In this document: positions 37,040 through 47,254 of the stretch, in pieces
How positions within the stretch are numbered: position 1 is the stretch's first letter
Layout of the letters: each line of letters begins with the position of its first letter
DNA from: Macrostomum lignano
Taxonomy: Eukaryota
Assembly (NCBI GenBank): GCA_002269645.1
Contig: NIVC01001370.1
Coordinates: 1-64,000, forward strand
DNA: 64,000 bases
Direction: 5' to 3'
Notes under the pieces: model-generated
Database searches by the model: none
Told to the model about the DNA's origin: nothing
Seen by the model: the letters and a program-made list of their open reading frames with translations, nothing else
Made by a program: the position numbers and the translations under genes

Positions 37040-38500
37040 AATACGTTTCGACCATTTTGGTCATCATCAGGGCAGCTTTTGGAGATGTTTGGATCAATAT
37101 TGTCGGTTCAGTTTTTATTTGAAAAAATAACATGATTTGTAATTTTTTTGTTCAATAAAAGTCAGTCTTAGAATGAGAAGGCGCAGAGAGAGAATAGGGT
37201 GAGTAGACCCCAACCTATTAGAACACGTTGAGTTGGCGGCTGCATGGCACCCCCGATAGCTAACTGACAGTTCAAATTAGGCTTCAGAGCTTTAATGTAG
37301 CTCGTACTTAAATGCCTGTAAAATGCCTCAAGAAAGCAGCGGATCTATTGCCTCGGGCAGAGGGCATCATATCTCAGCATAAGGCTAGTAAAGCTAGGCT
37401 TACTACTTTGGTCGCGAACCAGTTATTGCTCGCATCAATGTTCACGTCGAGAAATAGGAGTTTTTTCCCTCTACCTTTAGTCTTGAATTCGATATTTGGG
37501 TGGGTGCACTTGATTGCGTTGAAAAATTCATCTTTTTTGTTCTCAGAAATGGCAAAAGTGTCATCGACGTAGCGTTTGTAAAAGCGAGGCGCACACGGGA
37601 CGGTTATCCAGTCTTTTCCCACTTAGCCATGCACAAATTGGCAAGGGTAGGAGCAAGAGGACTGCCCATAGCACAGCCATCAATTTATTTGTAGCACCTG
37701 CCCCCAATGAGAAAGATATCAGAGGTGGCAAACTAAAGCATCTTTTTAAAAACGGTCTTAGAAAAAGTCGGGTGATCGGGCTGTCGTAAACCAGGTCAGT
37801 AGGTCCCAAAAATAGGTCCCAAGGGGTACTCACTCATGTGGACTTGCATAAACCATGAAGCCGACCCTGCTACAGGAGTAATACGCTGTACGCTTCCGAG
37901 CTGACATGGAGCTTAACATAAGTTTTAAGAAGCGTCTGCGAGCATCTATCACTTTTTAGTACGGGGTGCAACGTTCTGACATCATTAAGAGCTCTGAGGC
38001 AATGGAATTTATGTTCATCACGCACAATCTGATCAAGCTTATGTGAGTCAGTGCTATTCAAAATAGTGACTCCGTAACCTTAATTGTCTTGGCCAACAAA
38101 TTTGATTATATCGTTTTTTCTTAAGTCTAACTAACTCATCGTTTGTTGGAAAAGCCTATTTCGAGTCGAGTTAAAATATCGGTGAGCCTTACAGGCAAAA
38201 CGATCGAATTCAGCGATCAGCTAGGTGATGTCTAAAGCTATATCAGGCACCAGTAGCCATCACCCAACGTTGCGATCCTCTTTTGGAGGCACCTACTCAC
38301 CCCAGGCCCAATTTCTGCAGCAATCTTGAATTTGTTGAGGCGTCTTTGGCAACTTGAGCAGTCAGTTTCTGGTCGATCCATAGGCTTAAGAGCTTCTTTT
38401 CTAACCTCAGCTCGTCCGCTTGCAGTTTCTCCTTGGTCTTCTTGGTCACCATGGGTGCCAAAAAGCAACGTAGGATACAGCTCATAGATGCACTTTCAGC
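37040..38500 (-). mobile_element. Decayed Penelope-like retroelement
   Basis: YK*IDGCAMGSPLAPTLANLCM, RYVDDTF, HPNIEF...LLFLDV (Penelope RT motifs). Confidence 0.88.
37042..37070 (-). ncRNA. Minimal hammerhead-ribozyme-like core at the Penelope end
   Basis: CUGAUGA-U-GACCA AAA UGGUC-GAAAC-GUA; stem II perfect, stem I partner not evident. Confidence 0.55.
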
Positions 38501-38796
38501 TCAGTCTTTAAATCTTTGACCTAGGGCTTGTAAACGGCCTCTTTTCCGGCGGTTGTCCGGATTTTGTTTCTTGATCAAGATGTTTCTCTGCACCTTTTGA
38601 TCTTCCGAATTTCATTATTTCAAATAAAGCAAGCTAAATTATTCAATAAAGTTCATGTCATTTGTTTAAGGGATGATTCAAATTAGTGTCTGGAGCTTGA
38701 GTTCTATTTTACGAGCGTACAATATCTTCAAATTGACTTTAAATGTAACTTTAATGTAACTTTAAATTGACTTAATTGACTTTAACAATAGACCTA

Positions 38797-39140
38797 TCAA
38801 GAGGGGGAAACATCCCCCCCTGACAATTGACGAAGGCAGAGCTGATGCAGACACATGTGGTGGACGTGCTGATGAAATTTGGAGACTTGGCAAGGCTGCA
38901 CTGAGGCGCAGTGCTGATTGGCGCACAGGCGTGTACTGAATACACTGGCGCTTGCGGAAAAAATCCGACCTTCTGGCAGAATCGTCGAATATCTCGACGG
39001 TCTGGAGGGCTGGCGACTTGATTCTTGTTTGAGAAGGTGGGCAACAAAAAGTTGGCCCGTGTTCTTGAATTTTGTGTGCCTGCGTTGCTCCAATACGGCG
39101 CAGCAAAAATATTGTCAGGGGGGATATTCCCCCCTCTTGG
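38797..39140. mobile_element. TA-flanked MITE
   Basis: ~30-bp TIR CAAGAGGGGGAA..ATCCCCCCCTGACAAT, TA on both flanks. Confidence 0.7.
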
Positions 39141-40208
39141 TACTCGTAGTTCGACGGGCGGAAAATGGCTTGGCATTCCTACTGTTAACCAATAAAGGAA
39201 TCGTTTAATATCTTTTGCCGCTGTCATTAATTCTGTGGCACGGAACGAACATGCATTTAAATGCGACTTAGTGGATCCCCATCGATGACATCAATACATT
39301 TCATAGTCCTTTTAAGCTATTTGTATTGTTTCAGAACTGGAGAGCATTGGTCAATGGCTAAACTTAAGCCTCAAGGAAATTCAACAAAACGAATAAATTG
39401 TGGTAAATATGTGTGTAAATATGTGTATAGACTCTTTATCTGTGTGTATGTATTTCTGTGAAACTAAGGGTGCATGTAAGGGTAATATATGAATATAGTC
39501 TATAGATAGTCTAGTATCTGGAATAACGCATATAGAGTTATAAAGAAGTTCAGGAATACAATCAAGCCGAAACTATTTATAAATTCACAAATAAGAAAAC
39601 CAATCATTACACGGTTTGAAAATTTTTCTTAAAAAGTTAACTAAAGCTTTTAATAATTTTGCAAAATAAAATTTTAAACAAGTCGAACTATTACAAAAAT
39701 TACATAAATTGGTAGCTAGATTATGCATATGTTGAATATAGTCTAGATAGTATGATACCTCGCTGGAATAAAGCATATAGAAGTACATGTACATGTATAT
39801 AGAAGTGTAGGAATGTGTAAATGCGTAACGTTTCTGATATTTTGAAACAACGAAACAAACAATTCTCAGAGTTCAAAAGGACACTCCATAGCTATTATAA
39901 AACGTTTGTTAGAACTTTAACGAAGAATATAGTAACAGACATTGTTAATAATTACGGGTGGCTATTTGAGTGCAGAACTAACAGCTACAGTTCTACTCTA
40001 ATAAGTGTTTATTGTTCTCAAGTGTACTGTTTTTGTCGTATTGATAGTACATTTAGTATGCTCTCGAGATACCGGATTTCTTCGACCGAATTCATCTATA
40101 GCAAAACTCGGCCCATTCAGCGCTTTGCATTACTGATTAGAGCATACTAAACTCGCTAGCGATGTAAACAATAAATCATTTCTCAGAAAATCGAGTGTAA
40201 CATACTTC

Positions 40209-41465
40209 TCAGTTGTCGTGCTGCTGGGCGCCAGTGGCGCTATCAGACTTGCCAGCCGTGGAGGTAGTCGGCATATTCTTCTGGCCGGTGGCCGCTGGTC
40301 GGTTCGACCCCAGCGGCGCCTGCTGGCGACTTGGACCATCGTCGCAACAGACGCCGACGCCCAGGAAAGCGGCGCGGAATTGTCCGCTTTTCCAGAGCAG
40401 CACGATCCAGTTCACCGACTGGTTGAACAGAATTAGAATCCGGCCAATGTCGATGAGGCCCCAGACCAGCTTCTTGGTGCTCGGATTGATTTCTATGCTG
40501 GCCAAGGTCAGGATTAGATCAAAGACGATAGCCGCCACAGTAGGGCAGGAGCTGATGATGAGAATGGCGGACAGGGCCACGCAGATGACGGTGTTGGTCA
40601 GCTTGCCGTCACCCTGTCCAGCCCGGATCTCAGCTTGCTCCGACACGATGTGACGCATCTTGTGTATGAGAAACCCGTTAGCAATTAGGATGATAAAGAA
40701 CTGCACTGTAGGCGGGTACATCAGCAGCAGCATGTACGCGTAAAACGTAGTGTATTCCCAACCCTGCAGCAAAAAATAGCACACGGTGTACTTTCCCATT
40801 TCGATCCAGTGAAAGTGAACGCCAACTGGGATTGCGGCAAGAGTGCAGAACAACGAAGCAATCAGGCATCCTAGAAGAGTGGTCTTGGCCTTCACTTGTT
40901 GAAGCCGAAACGGAAAGTAAACGCTCAGGCATCGGTCGATCACCATCATCAGGAACAGGATGCTGGACGTGAGGCTGAACAATGACTCCAAGTAGCGCAT
41001 AACTCTGCAAGCGCCATTCGACTCATTCACGATGAAGAATCCGTACTTGGCCCCGCTGATCCACGGCAGACCCTTGGCTAAGAACATCCACAAGAAGCCT
41101 GTCATGAACAGAATGCAGTTGTCCGAGAGAGCAATCACTGAAAAGTACACTCCCTGACGCGTCAAGGGTCTCAGCTTCCACAGGTAGATGTAGGCCGTCA
41201 GGCTGTTGCCAAAGAAGCCGCCGGCCATGAAGATGGGCAGGACGATGCTGGCCATGGCTCCCAGGGCGGTGTTTATCCGGCAGAAGATCGCCCTGTCGGG
41301 GTCGCCGCTCCAGCAGTCCAGGAAGAGGAATTCCAGATTGTCGACGAATTGTCGCTCGCTTGAGGTGGTCTTGTTTGTCATACCGAACGTTATTGTCTGA
41401 GGAGTGTTTATAAGGTAAGTGTTTAAGTTGCTGAGGCAGCTGTTTACTGGCACCTTGCAATACAT
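40209..41465 (-). CDS. Rhodopsin-like (class A) orphan GPCR, peptide-receptor type, single exon (start may be MTNKTT at ~41381)
   Basis: Seven hydrophobic segments; GFFGN (TM1), IALSDN (TM2), Cys before TM3, VIDRC (DRY variant), NQSVNW (TM7). Confidence 0.92.
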   Translation of the reverse strand: MYCKVPVNSCLSNLNTYLINTPQTITFGMTNKTTSSERQFVDNLEFLFLDCWSGDPDRAIFCRINTALGAMASIVLPIFMAGGFFGNSLTAYIYLWKLRPLTRQGVYFSVIALSDNCILFMTGFLWMFLAKGLPWISGAKYGFFIVNESNGACRVMRYLESLFSLTSSILFLMMVIDRCLSVYFPFRLQQVKAKTTLLGCLIASLFCTLAAIPVGVHFHWIEMGKYTVCYFLLQGWEYTTFYAYMLLLMYPPTVQFFIILIANGFLIHKMRHIVSEQAEIRAGQGDGKLTNTVICVALSAILIISSCPTVAAIVFDLILTLASIEINPSTKKLVWGLIDIGRILILFNQSVNWIVLLWKSGQFRAAFLGVGVCCDDGPSRQQAPLGSNRPAATGQKNMPTTSTAGKSDSATGAQQHDN

Positions 41466-41937
41466 GTAGTTTATTTATTACCTGCCTGTCGCCGCTCCCC
41501 TTGCCACTTGTCCAATCAGAAGATTAGCGGAGGGATTAGGGATTTGCGCAATTTGATTCCATCGAATCTGCATGCTTGCGGATTTTTCTTTGCAGATTAA
41601 AAATGTGGCCTTGTTGAAGAGTTTTGTCTGAAGAAAAAGCCTTGCTTTTGGCGGCTTCATGGCCGCTTTCCACCTTGAAATTGTTTATATGTTCAGGTGA
41701 CGTTTGCGTCGAGTTGCAACAAAAGTCGTGATCGGTTTCGGATTGAAATTTGGCTCGTAATTTGTCTGCCTACTTTGAGAAAAGCTCTTTCTAAAACGAT
41801 TCATCAACTTTTAAATCGGGGTTGCTCTCATTCCATAAATTCCTGTTTCCAAGTGCTTTCGAGTTCTTTTATAAAAATGCCGATGGCCTACGAGGTTACC
41901 TGCGTTGCTGCATAGATGATACGCCCATACATCCGTC

Positions 41938-42515
41938 AAGAGTCACTGACTGTCTGAGCAGTTTCCCATTGAGTCACTGACTGTCTGAGCAGTTCCCCAT
42001 TGAGTCACTGACTGTCTGAGCAGTTCCCCATTGAGTCACTGACTGTCTGAGCAGTTCCCCATTGAGTCACTGACTGTCTGAGCAGTTCCCCATTGAGTCA
42101 CTGACTGTCTGAGCAGTTCCCCATTGAGTCACTGACTATCTGAGCAGTTCCCCATTGAGTCACTGACTATCTGAGCAGTTTCCCATTGAGTCACTGACTG
42201 TCTGAGCAGTTCCCCATTGAGTCACTGACTGTCTGAGCAGTTCCCCATTGAGTCACTGACTGTCTGAGCAGTTCCCCATTGAGTCACTGACTGTCTGAGC
42301 AGTTCCCCATTGAGTCACTGACTGTCTGAGCAGTTCCCCATTGAGTCACTGACTGTCTGAGCAGTTCCCCATTGAGTCACTGACTATCTGAGCAGTTCCC
42401 CATTGAGTCACTGACTATCTGAGCAGTTTCCCATTGAGTCACTGACTGTCTGAGCAGTTTCCCATTGAGTCACTGACTATCTGAGCAGTTCTCCATTGAG
42501 TCACTGACTATCTGA
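41938..42515. repeat. 31-bp minisatellite (~18 copies)
   Basis: GAGTCACTGACTGTCTGAGCAGTTCCCCATT. Confidence 0.95.
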
Positions 42516-42829
42516 GTTTATCAGAGAAATAGCAATCAAAGCTTTGTAGTGCGTTGTACGAGTGTAGAAGTTGGACTCTCATAGCCGTATATTTGAGCAT
42601 ATATAGATTTGGTATATATAGTAGTGAACGCAGCGTGAGCAAACGTTACAGCGAGAGCAAAGATGAGAGATCAGACAGTATATAGTACAGCTACTCAGCC
42701 ATTTCATGATTGATGAATTATGATTGACGATTGGTGCTAAATGACTCAGCATCCTATATACTAAAAATTTTTACAACTAAATTTAGACGTATATTTATTA
42801 TAAGGCACAAATATGTACTAAAACATAGT

Positions 42830-43055
42830 TCAACTGAGTTCTTGAGTTGACTGCATGACCAGCTTGTGCAGCCAGTCAATCATCAGGTAGTCTCGCAGAT
42901 AGCGACGCTCACGGAGCTCGTGCGGCACCGGCGGCAGCAGACCGTCTGGCAGCCGGGCGCTCTGTGAGGCGGCTGCAGGGTCATCGAAGTGGCTCTCTAC
43001 GTAGTCGAAGGCCTGTGCCAAATTCTGTCTGATGAATCGCAGCTGGTTTAGCCAC
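42830..43055 (-). CDS. Orphan secreted helical protein, exon 3
   Basis: TTTGCCAG acceptor, phase 2; WLNQLRFIRQNLAQ...RDYLMIDWLHKLVMQSTQELS*. Confidence 0.75.
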
Positions 43056-43099
43056 CTGGCAAATATGGCGAAAGTGATTTTATACAGCAGATTATTCAC

Positions 43100-43147
43100 C
43101 TGTAGCACCTGAAGTGTTCTAACTCTGATCTATTAAAGAGATTGCAG
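43100..43147 (-). CDS. Orphan secreted helical protein, 48-nt exon 2 (CNLFNRSELEHFRCYR)
   Basis: Branch point CACTAAC plus CCCTGTAG acceptor; AG|GTGAAT donor; symmetric phase 2-2. Confidence 0.65.
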
Positions 43148-43239
43148 CTACAGGGGTTAGTGAGAGAAGTTTTATAATTAGATTTGAGCTTTCTGAAGAA
43201 ATTATGTGACAGTTTTCTAAAGCCAAATAGTGACTGGAA

Positions 43240-43452
43240 CTTGGCTGAAGCAATAGTTTCCCTAAAGCAGTTACAGTTTCCCTGAAGTATTTACAGTTTC
43301 CCTGAAGCAAGTATAGTTTTTTCTGAAGCAATTGCAGTTTCCCTGAAGTATTTACAGTTTCCCTGAAGCAATTACAGTTTTTCTGAAGCAGTTGCAGTTT
43401 CCTTGAAGCAATTACAATTTTTCTGAATCAATTACAGTTTTTCTGAAGCAAC
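43240..43452. repeat. 20-bp intronic repeat
   Basis: CAGTTTCCCTGAAGCAATTA-like units. Confidence 0.85.
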
Positions 43453-43520
43453 CATATAGCGACTTGCACTTTCCAGAATGGAGCTCAGCGAATAACAGAA
43501 AGCGGCAGCTGAAGACTCAC

Positions 43521-43834
43521 CAAGTCTCATGCGGCTCCTCTTGACTCTCCAGACGCCGAACAATGAGCAGAACTCGATGCAGCTGAGCATGCCGGCTGGC
43601 ACCAGACGGCAGCAGTTCGGAGAAGTCCATCAGAGACTTACTGATGGACTTGTTCAGCAGGCGAACCAATCTGATGCTCTCGCCGTAGGCTTGCAACCCA
43701 TCCGCAGCGTGAGTCAGGTGCTTCTTTGCCAGCTCCAAGTTTCTCTCTGTCGGTTTTGCGCGGCCAACAGGTTGAGCAGAGGCAAGCGAGACGGCGAGGC
43801 AGAGGACAGCAAAGAACTTTTCTTTGGAAAGCAT
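43521..43834 (-). CDS. Orphan secreted helical protein, exon 1 with signal peptide
   Basis: ACAATG start; MLSKEKFFAVLCLAVSLASA|QP signal peptide; TG|GTGAG donor. Confidence 0.78.
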
Positions 43835-44319
43835 TGTTTCAATATTAATGCTTGCTTGAATTACTTTCTGCTTCTAGAGGAGGAGTTTTAATTGCTTGAT
43901 TGGAAGTTCCCTCAGCTGTGATTTTTTTATAGCGCTGCCCGCTCCGGCGGACGATCCGTCCGAGGCATTGGAAAAGCCGCAGGCGCCTAGGAATTCCCGA
44001 GGCGGCAGCCGGTCGCCCTCCGGAACGGCAAGCGTAGGCGGAGAGTAGCGGTGAGCCGGTGAGCTCTGCTGAGCACCCGTACTCACTCAGACACGAGCAG
44101 TTAGCAGCAGGGTGAGAGATACGGCAGAGATATTGGCGAGAATCAGTGCAGAGGGCTACGGAGGGAGGGGGTTGGGAGGCCGTTGCGCACTGCGGCATTG
44201 TGGAACAAAAATAGCTGGATTCTCCAACCCAGGCTCAGCTGGTCTGGCGTGAGCTGGCGCACTGATCAGTTCCTGGAAATTCGAATTGAGTTCGCTCGGG
44301 GCTGTTCTGGCGGCTAAGA

Positions 44320-44580
44320 TCTGGGCTAAGATTGGGCTAAGATTGGGCTAAGATTGGGCTAAGATTGGGCTAAAGTCTGGGCTAAGATTGGGCTAAGATT
44401 AGGCTAAAGTCTGGGCTAAGATTGGGCTAAGATTGGGCTAATATCTGGGCTAAGGTCTGGGCTAAGGTCTGGGCTACGGTCTGGGCTAAGGTCTGGGCTA
44501 CGGTCTGGGCTAAGGTCTGGGCTACGGTCTGGGCTAAGGTCTGGGCTACGGTCTGGGCTAAGGTCTGGGCTAAGATGGGA
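44320..44580. repeat. 11-12 bp minisatellite (TGGGCTAAGAT / TCTGGGCTAAGG)
   Basis: Tandem copies. Confidence 0.93.
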
Positions 44581-45516
44581 ATGGATTAAGTTATAATCTG
44601 GGCTAAGATTCGGGCTAGACAAAAGCTAAGATCTGTGCTACAGATTTGGACATTGCCAAAATGTGTATGTTTATGGCATGGAAATGGCAGGTCATTCCCT
44701 GGAGATGAGTCAGAATTTTAATATATAATTTAACAGTAGCATTGCAAGTACAGCCAACAACAGCAACTGTAGTGTAAGTCAAAAGTAAAAGTGCAGTGTT
44801 TCATGATGATGCCCCATGGATGAAGGTGGATGAATTCCTTCATCCATGTGATGCCCCAGCAGAAAAAGGAATAATAAAAAACTTTTTAAACTGAGTACAA
44901 AAAAAGTACTGCCCAAATATATTCGCCATTGGTGATGTCTACGGTACGTCCCCACTTCAAAACCATGCGCAACATCTTTTGAATCCCTGCTCGAGGGCAC
45001 ACTTAACAACGCCAAGACAATAAGCACTGCCGCTGTTCTTTATCAGCTTGAAGTAGGATTTTAGTTGCGAAGAAATTCATTACGTGTGTCTTAGGGGTGC
45101 ATTAGGGATACCATTAAGCTTCTCGGAGGTGACGAAGGTCCAGAATCGTTCACCATGCATGCATGCATGTACATTAGGGTGGCCCACAACTGAATGATAA
45201 ACACTTGCAGCTGTAATGAAGTCTGGCTTATCGACCAAAGCCACGCCAACAATCCAAGGAGCTGCTGGCCTCCTCATGGTGGGTGCCACAGTTCAACTTC
45301 TTGCCTACTAGCACTGGGAAAGCCACAAGACACTAGGCGAGAGCTCAAAGTCATCCCAACCAGGCGATCACTGTGAGGAGGCCAGTGAGGCACAAAACCA
45401 CTAACGAGCGCTTGTGGAAGCTGCTCATAAACAGAAGCAGCAGACCTCAACTGCCTCATGCAGCCATGCTGATGTGATGTTAGATGTTGACACTGTGTCA
45501 GACGATCTGTCTGACC

Positions 45517-45973
45517 CACAGATACTAGAATAACTAGATGGTCCACTCTGGCATTTATACTTAGTAAAACAGCTTTCTACTTTCAGTTCAGTAGCAAAGA
45601 AGAATACATAAGCTATTTTATAAGAATAAGGCAGCTGAAATGACTTTGATAAGTTTAGAAGCCCAAGCTTGCAGGCGTAAACAGCTTGCTAATTGGTTCA
45701 GCCATAATGTACATTAGCCACTGAAATGTACAAGGCAGATTTAGGCTGGAACAACCGAAGAAGGTAATAAAATTAGGTCGCGGGCCGGGGTAGAGGTTCT
45801 ATGAAGAGTTTGAGGGTTTAATAGCTTGGGGGGGGTAGGAGCCAATAAATAAGCTTTGTCTTTAAAAATACATTAAAATGCTTCTGTTTAACTTACTACT
45901 GAACTGAAAGTAGCTGGCACGCAAATGTGCCGAGTGGCCTATATAGTTGTTCTAGTTGTTCTAGTATCTGTGG
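45517..45973. mobile_element. MITE, inverted copy of 11861-12287
   Basis: Shared termini and internal sequence. Confidence 0.75.
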
Positions 45974-47254
45974 AATAACAGACCACTTGTTCTAGTCTCG
46001 TATCTGTGGTCTGACCTAGACTACTGCTTCCCAAATTCTCGGCTTCTCTCCCGAAGTGCCTTCGTAGCCCCATACAAATAATCACGCTGAACATGGCTGC
46101 AGCTTTGGTCTTCGTCAGTTGCACAAACTTCTTACCATACCAAAGATTGGTCGCGGGTACGAGCTACAAGAGAGAACTGAGCCAATGAATGCATCTAAAA
46201 GCTCGACAACTGCAATATTAAACACGGTCTAAGGCATGGATCTTATATACACTTAGAGATTTCCCAAAATCATAAATTCACGTACTTGCTGCCCGCGAAA
46301 CTGGTGATACTGACGTGTATTCACTGGTATGGAAGGACAGAAATCGAATCAGTTCAAGTTCAGTTTGCCTTATATCGTTTACGTAATCGTTTAAGCCAAC
46401 TTCTTTTACATGTAGCTTTCTTAAAACAGCCTTCTCTCAAAACTTCTTTCTTTCTCTCAAAACGCACTCTGCTGATTATCTTACACTGGTCATTTGCAAA
46501 AGCATCCGAAGTCTTACGCTGACACAGCTGAATAAAAAGGTAATTTACGCTCGTAATACTCGTTTCAGCTACTGACAAATATGCGCATAAACTACTGAAA
46601 TCTAGCTGAAATCACTGCTTCTTGTAATGCTTCCCATAGAATCAATGGTTTGGCTGGGTGCCACTGAGTGGAAAGAGGGAAATCACATGACCATTACTAT
46701 GTCGACTACAAAAAACTGCCTGGAGAAGTCATATCTGGATTGCCATCACAGATGGATGTGATCTCCTCCAACATCAAACCGATGAGCGCCTTCTGGAGAA
46801 GCAAATCGAGCAAGCGTCAAATGGAGATGACGATTTTGTGCTGCCTGACGATATTCACCTTGATGGCATGATGGCACGATGACTTGGTAGCCGAGGTCTC
46901 ACGATGCTTCGAAAGCAAAGAATGAAACATGATCCATTCTAATCCTTCGCTGGCGGGCTTTGCGTGTCAAAGCGACTTAAACGACCGAAAAAATTATGGT
47001 CGAATTTTTCGAAAACGTTGTTTTCATCCATCATGTAATTCTCAGATTTCCTGTCCCTGGCAAAAATCTGAGAATGCTTTAAAAAAAAAAGCGAAAAACG
47101 TCTTTGTGAAAAGGATTAAGGAGACTGAAAAACTGACTTCAAAGTAAAGAGAGGCTCTGACTCCACATAACGAGATTTTTTATGTCCTTGGACGGAGAAA
47201 GAATCCAACACTGCCTTTTCAATTGATCAAAAATCTCTTCTCTCGAGGATCTCA

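Noticed and set aside
43100-43125. Possible UGA/selenocysteine junction (TG+A) between exons of the secreted gene
   Set aside because: Better acceptors give a sense codon and no SECIS is evident
43240-43452. Array of possible 7-nt microexons (CAG|GGAAACT|GTAA) resembling schistosome micro-exon genes
   Set aside because: The gene is already in frame using the 48-nt exon or direct joining to the phase-2 acceptor at 43056; most units would create TGA
43845-44198. 117-aa ORF upstream of the secreted gene
   Set aside because: No recognisable domain and ends before the signal-peptide ATG; likely GC-rich 5' UTR or promoter sequence
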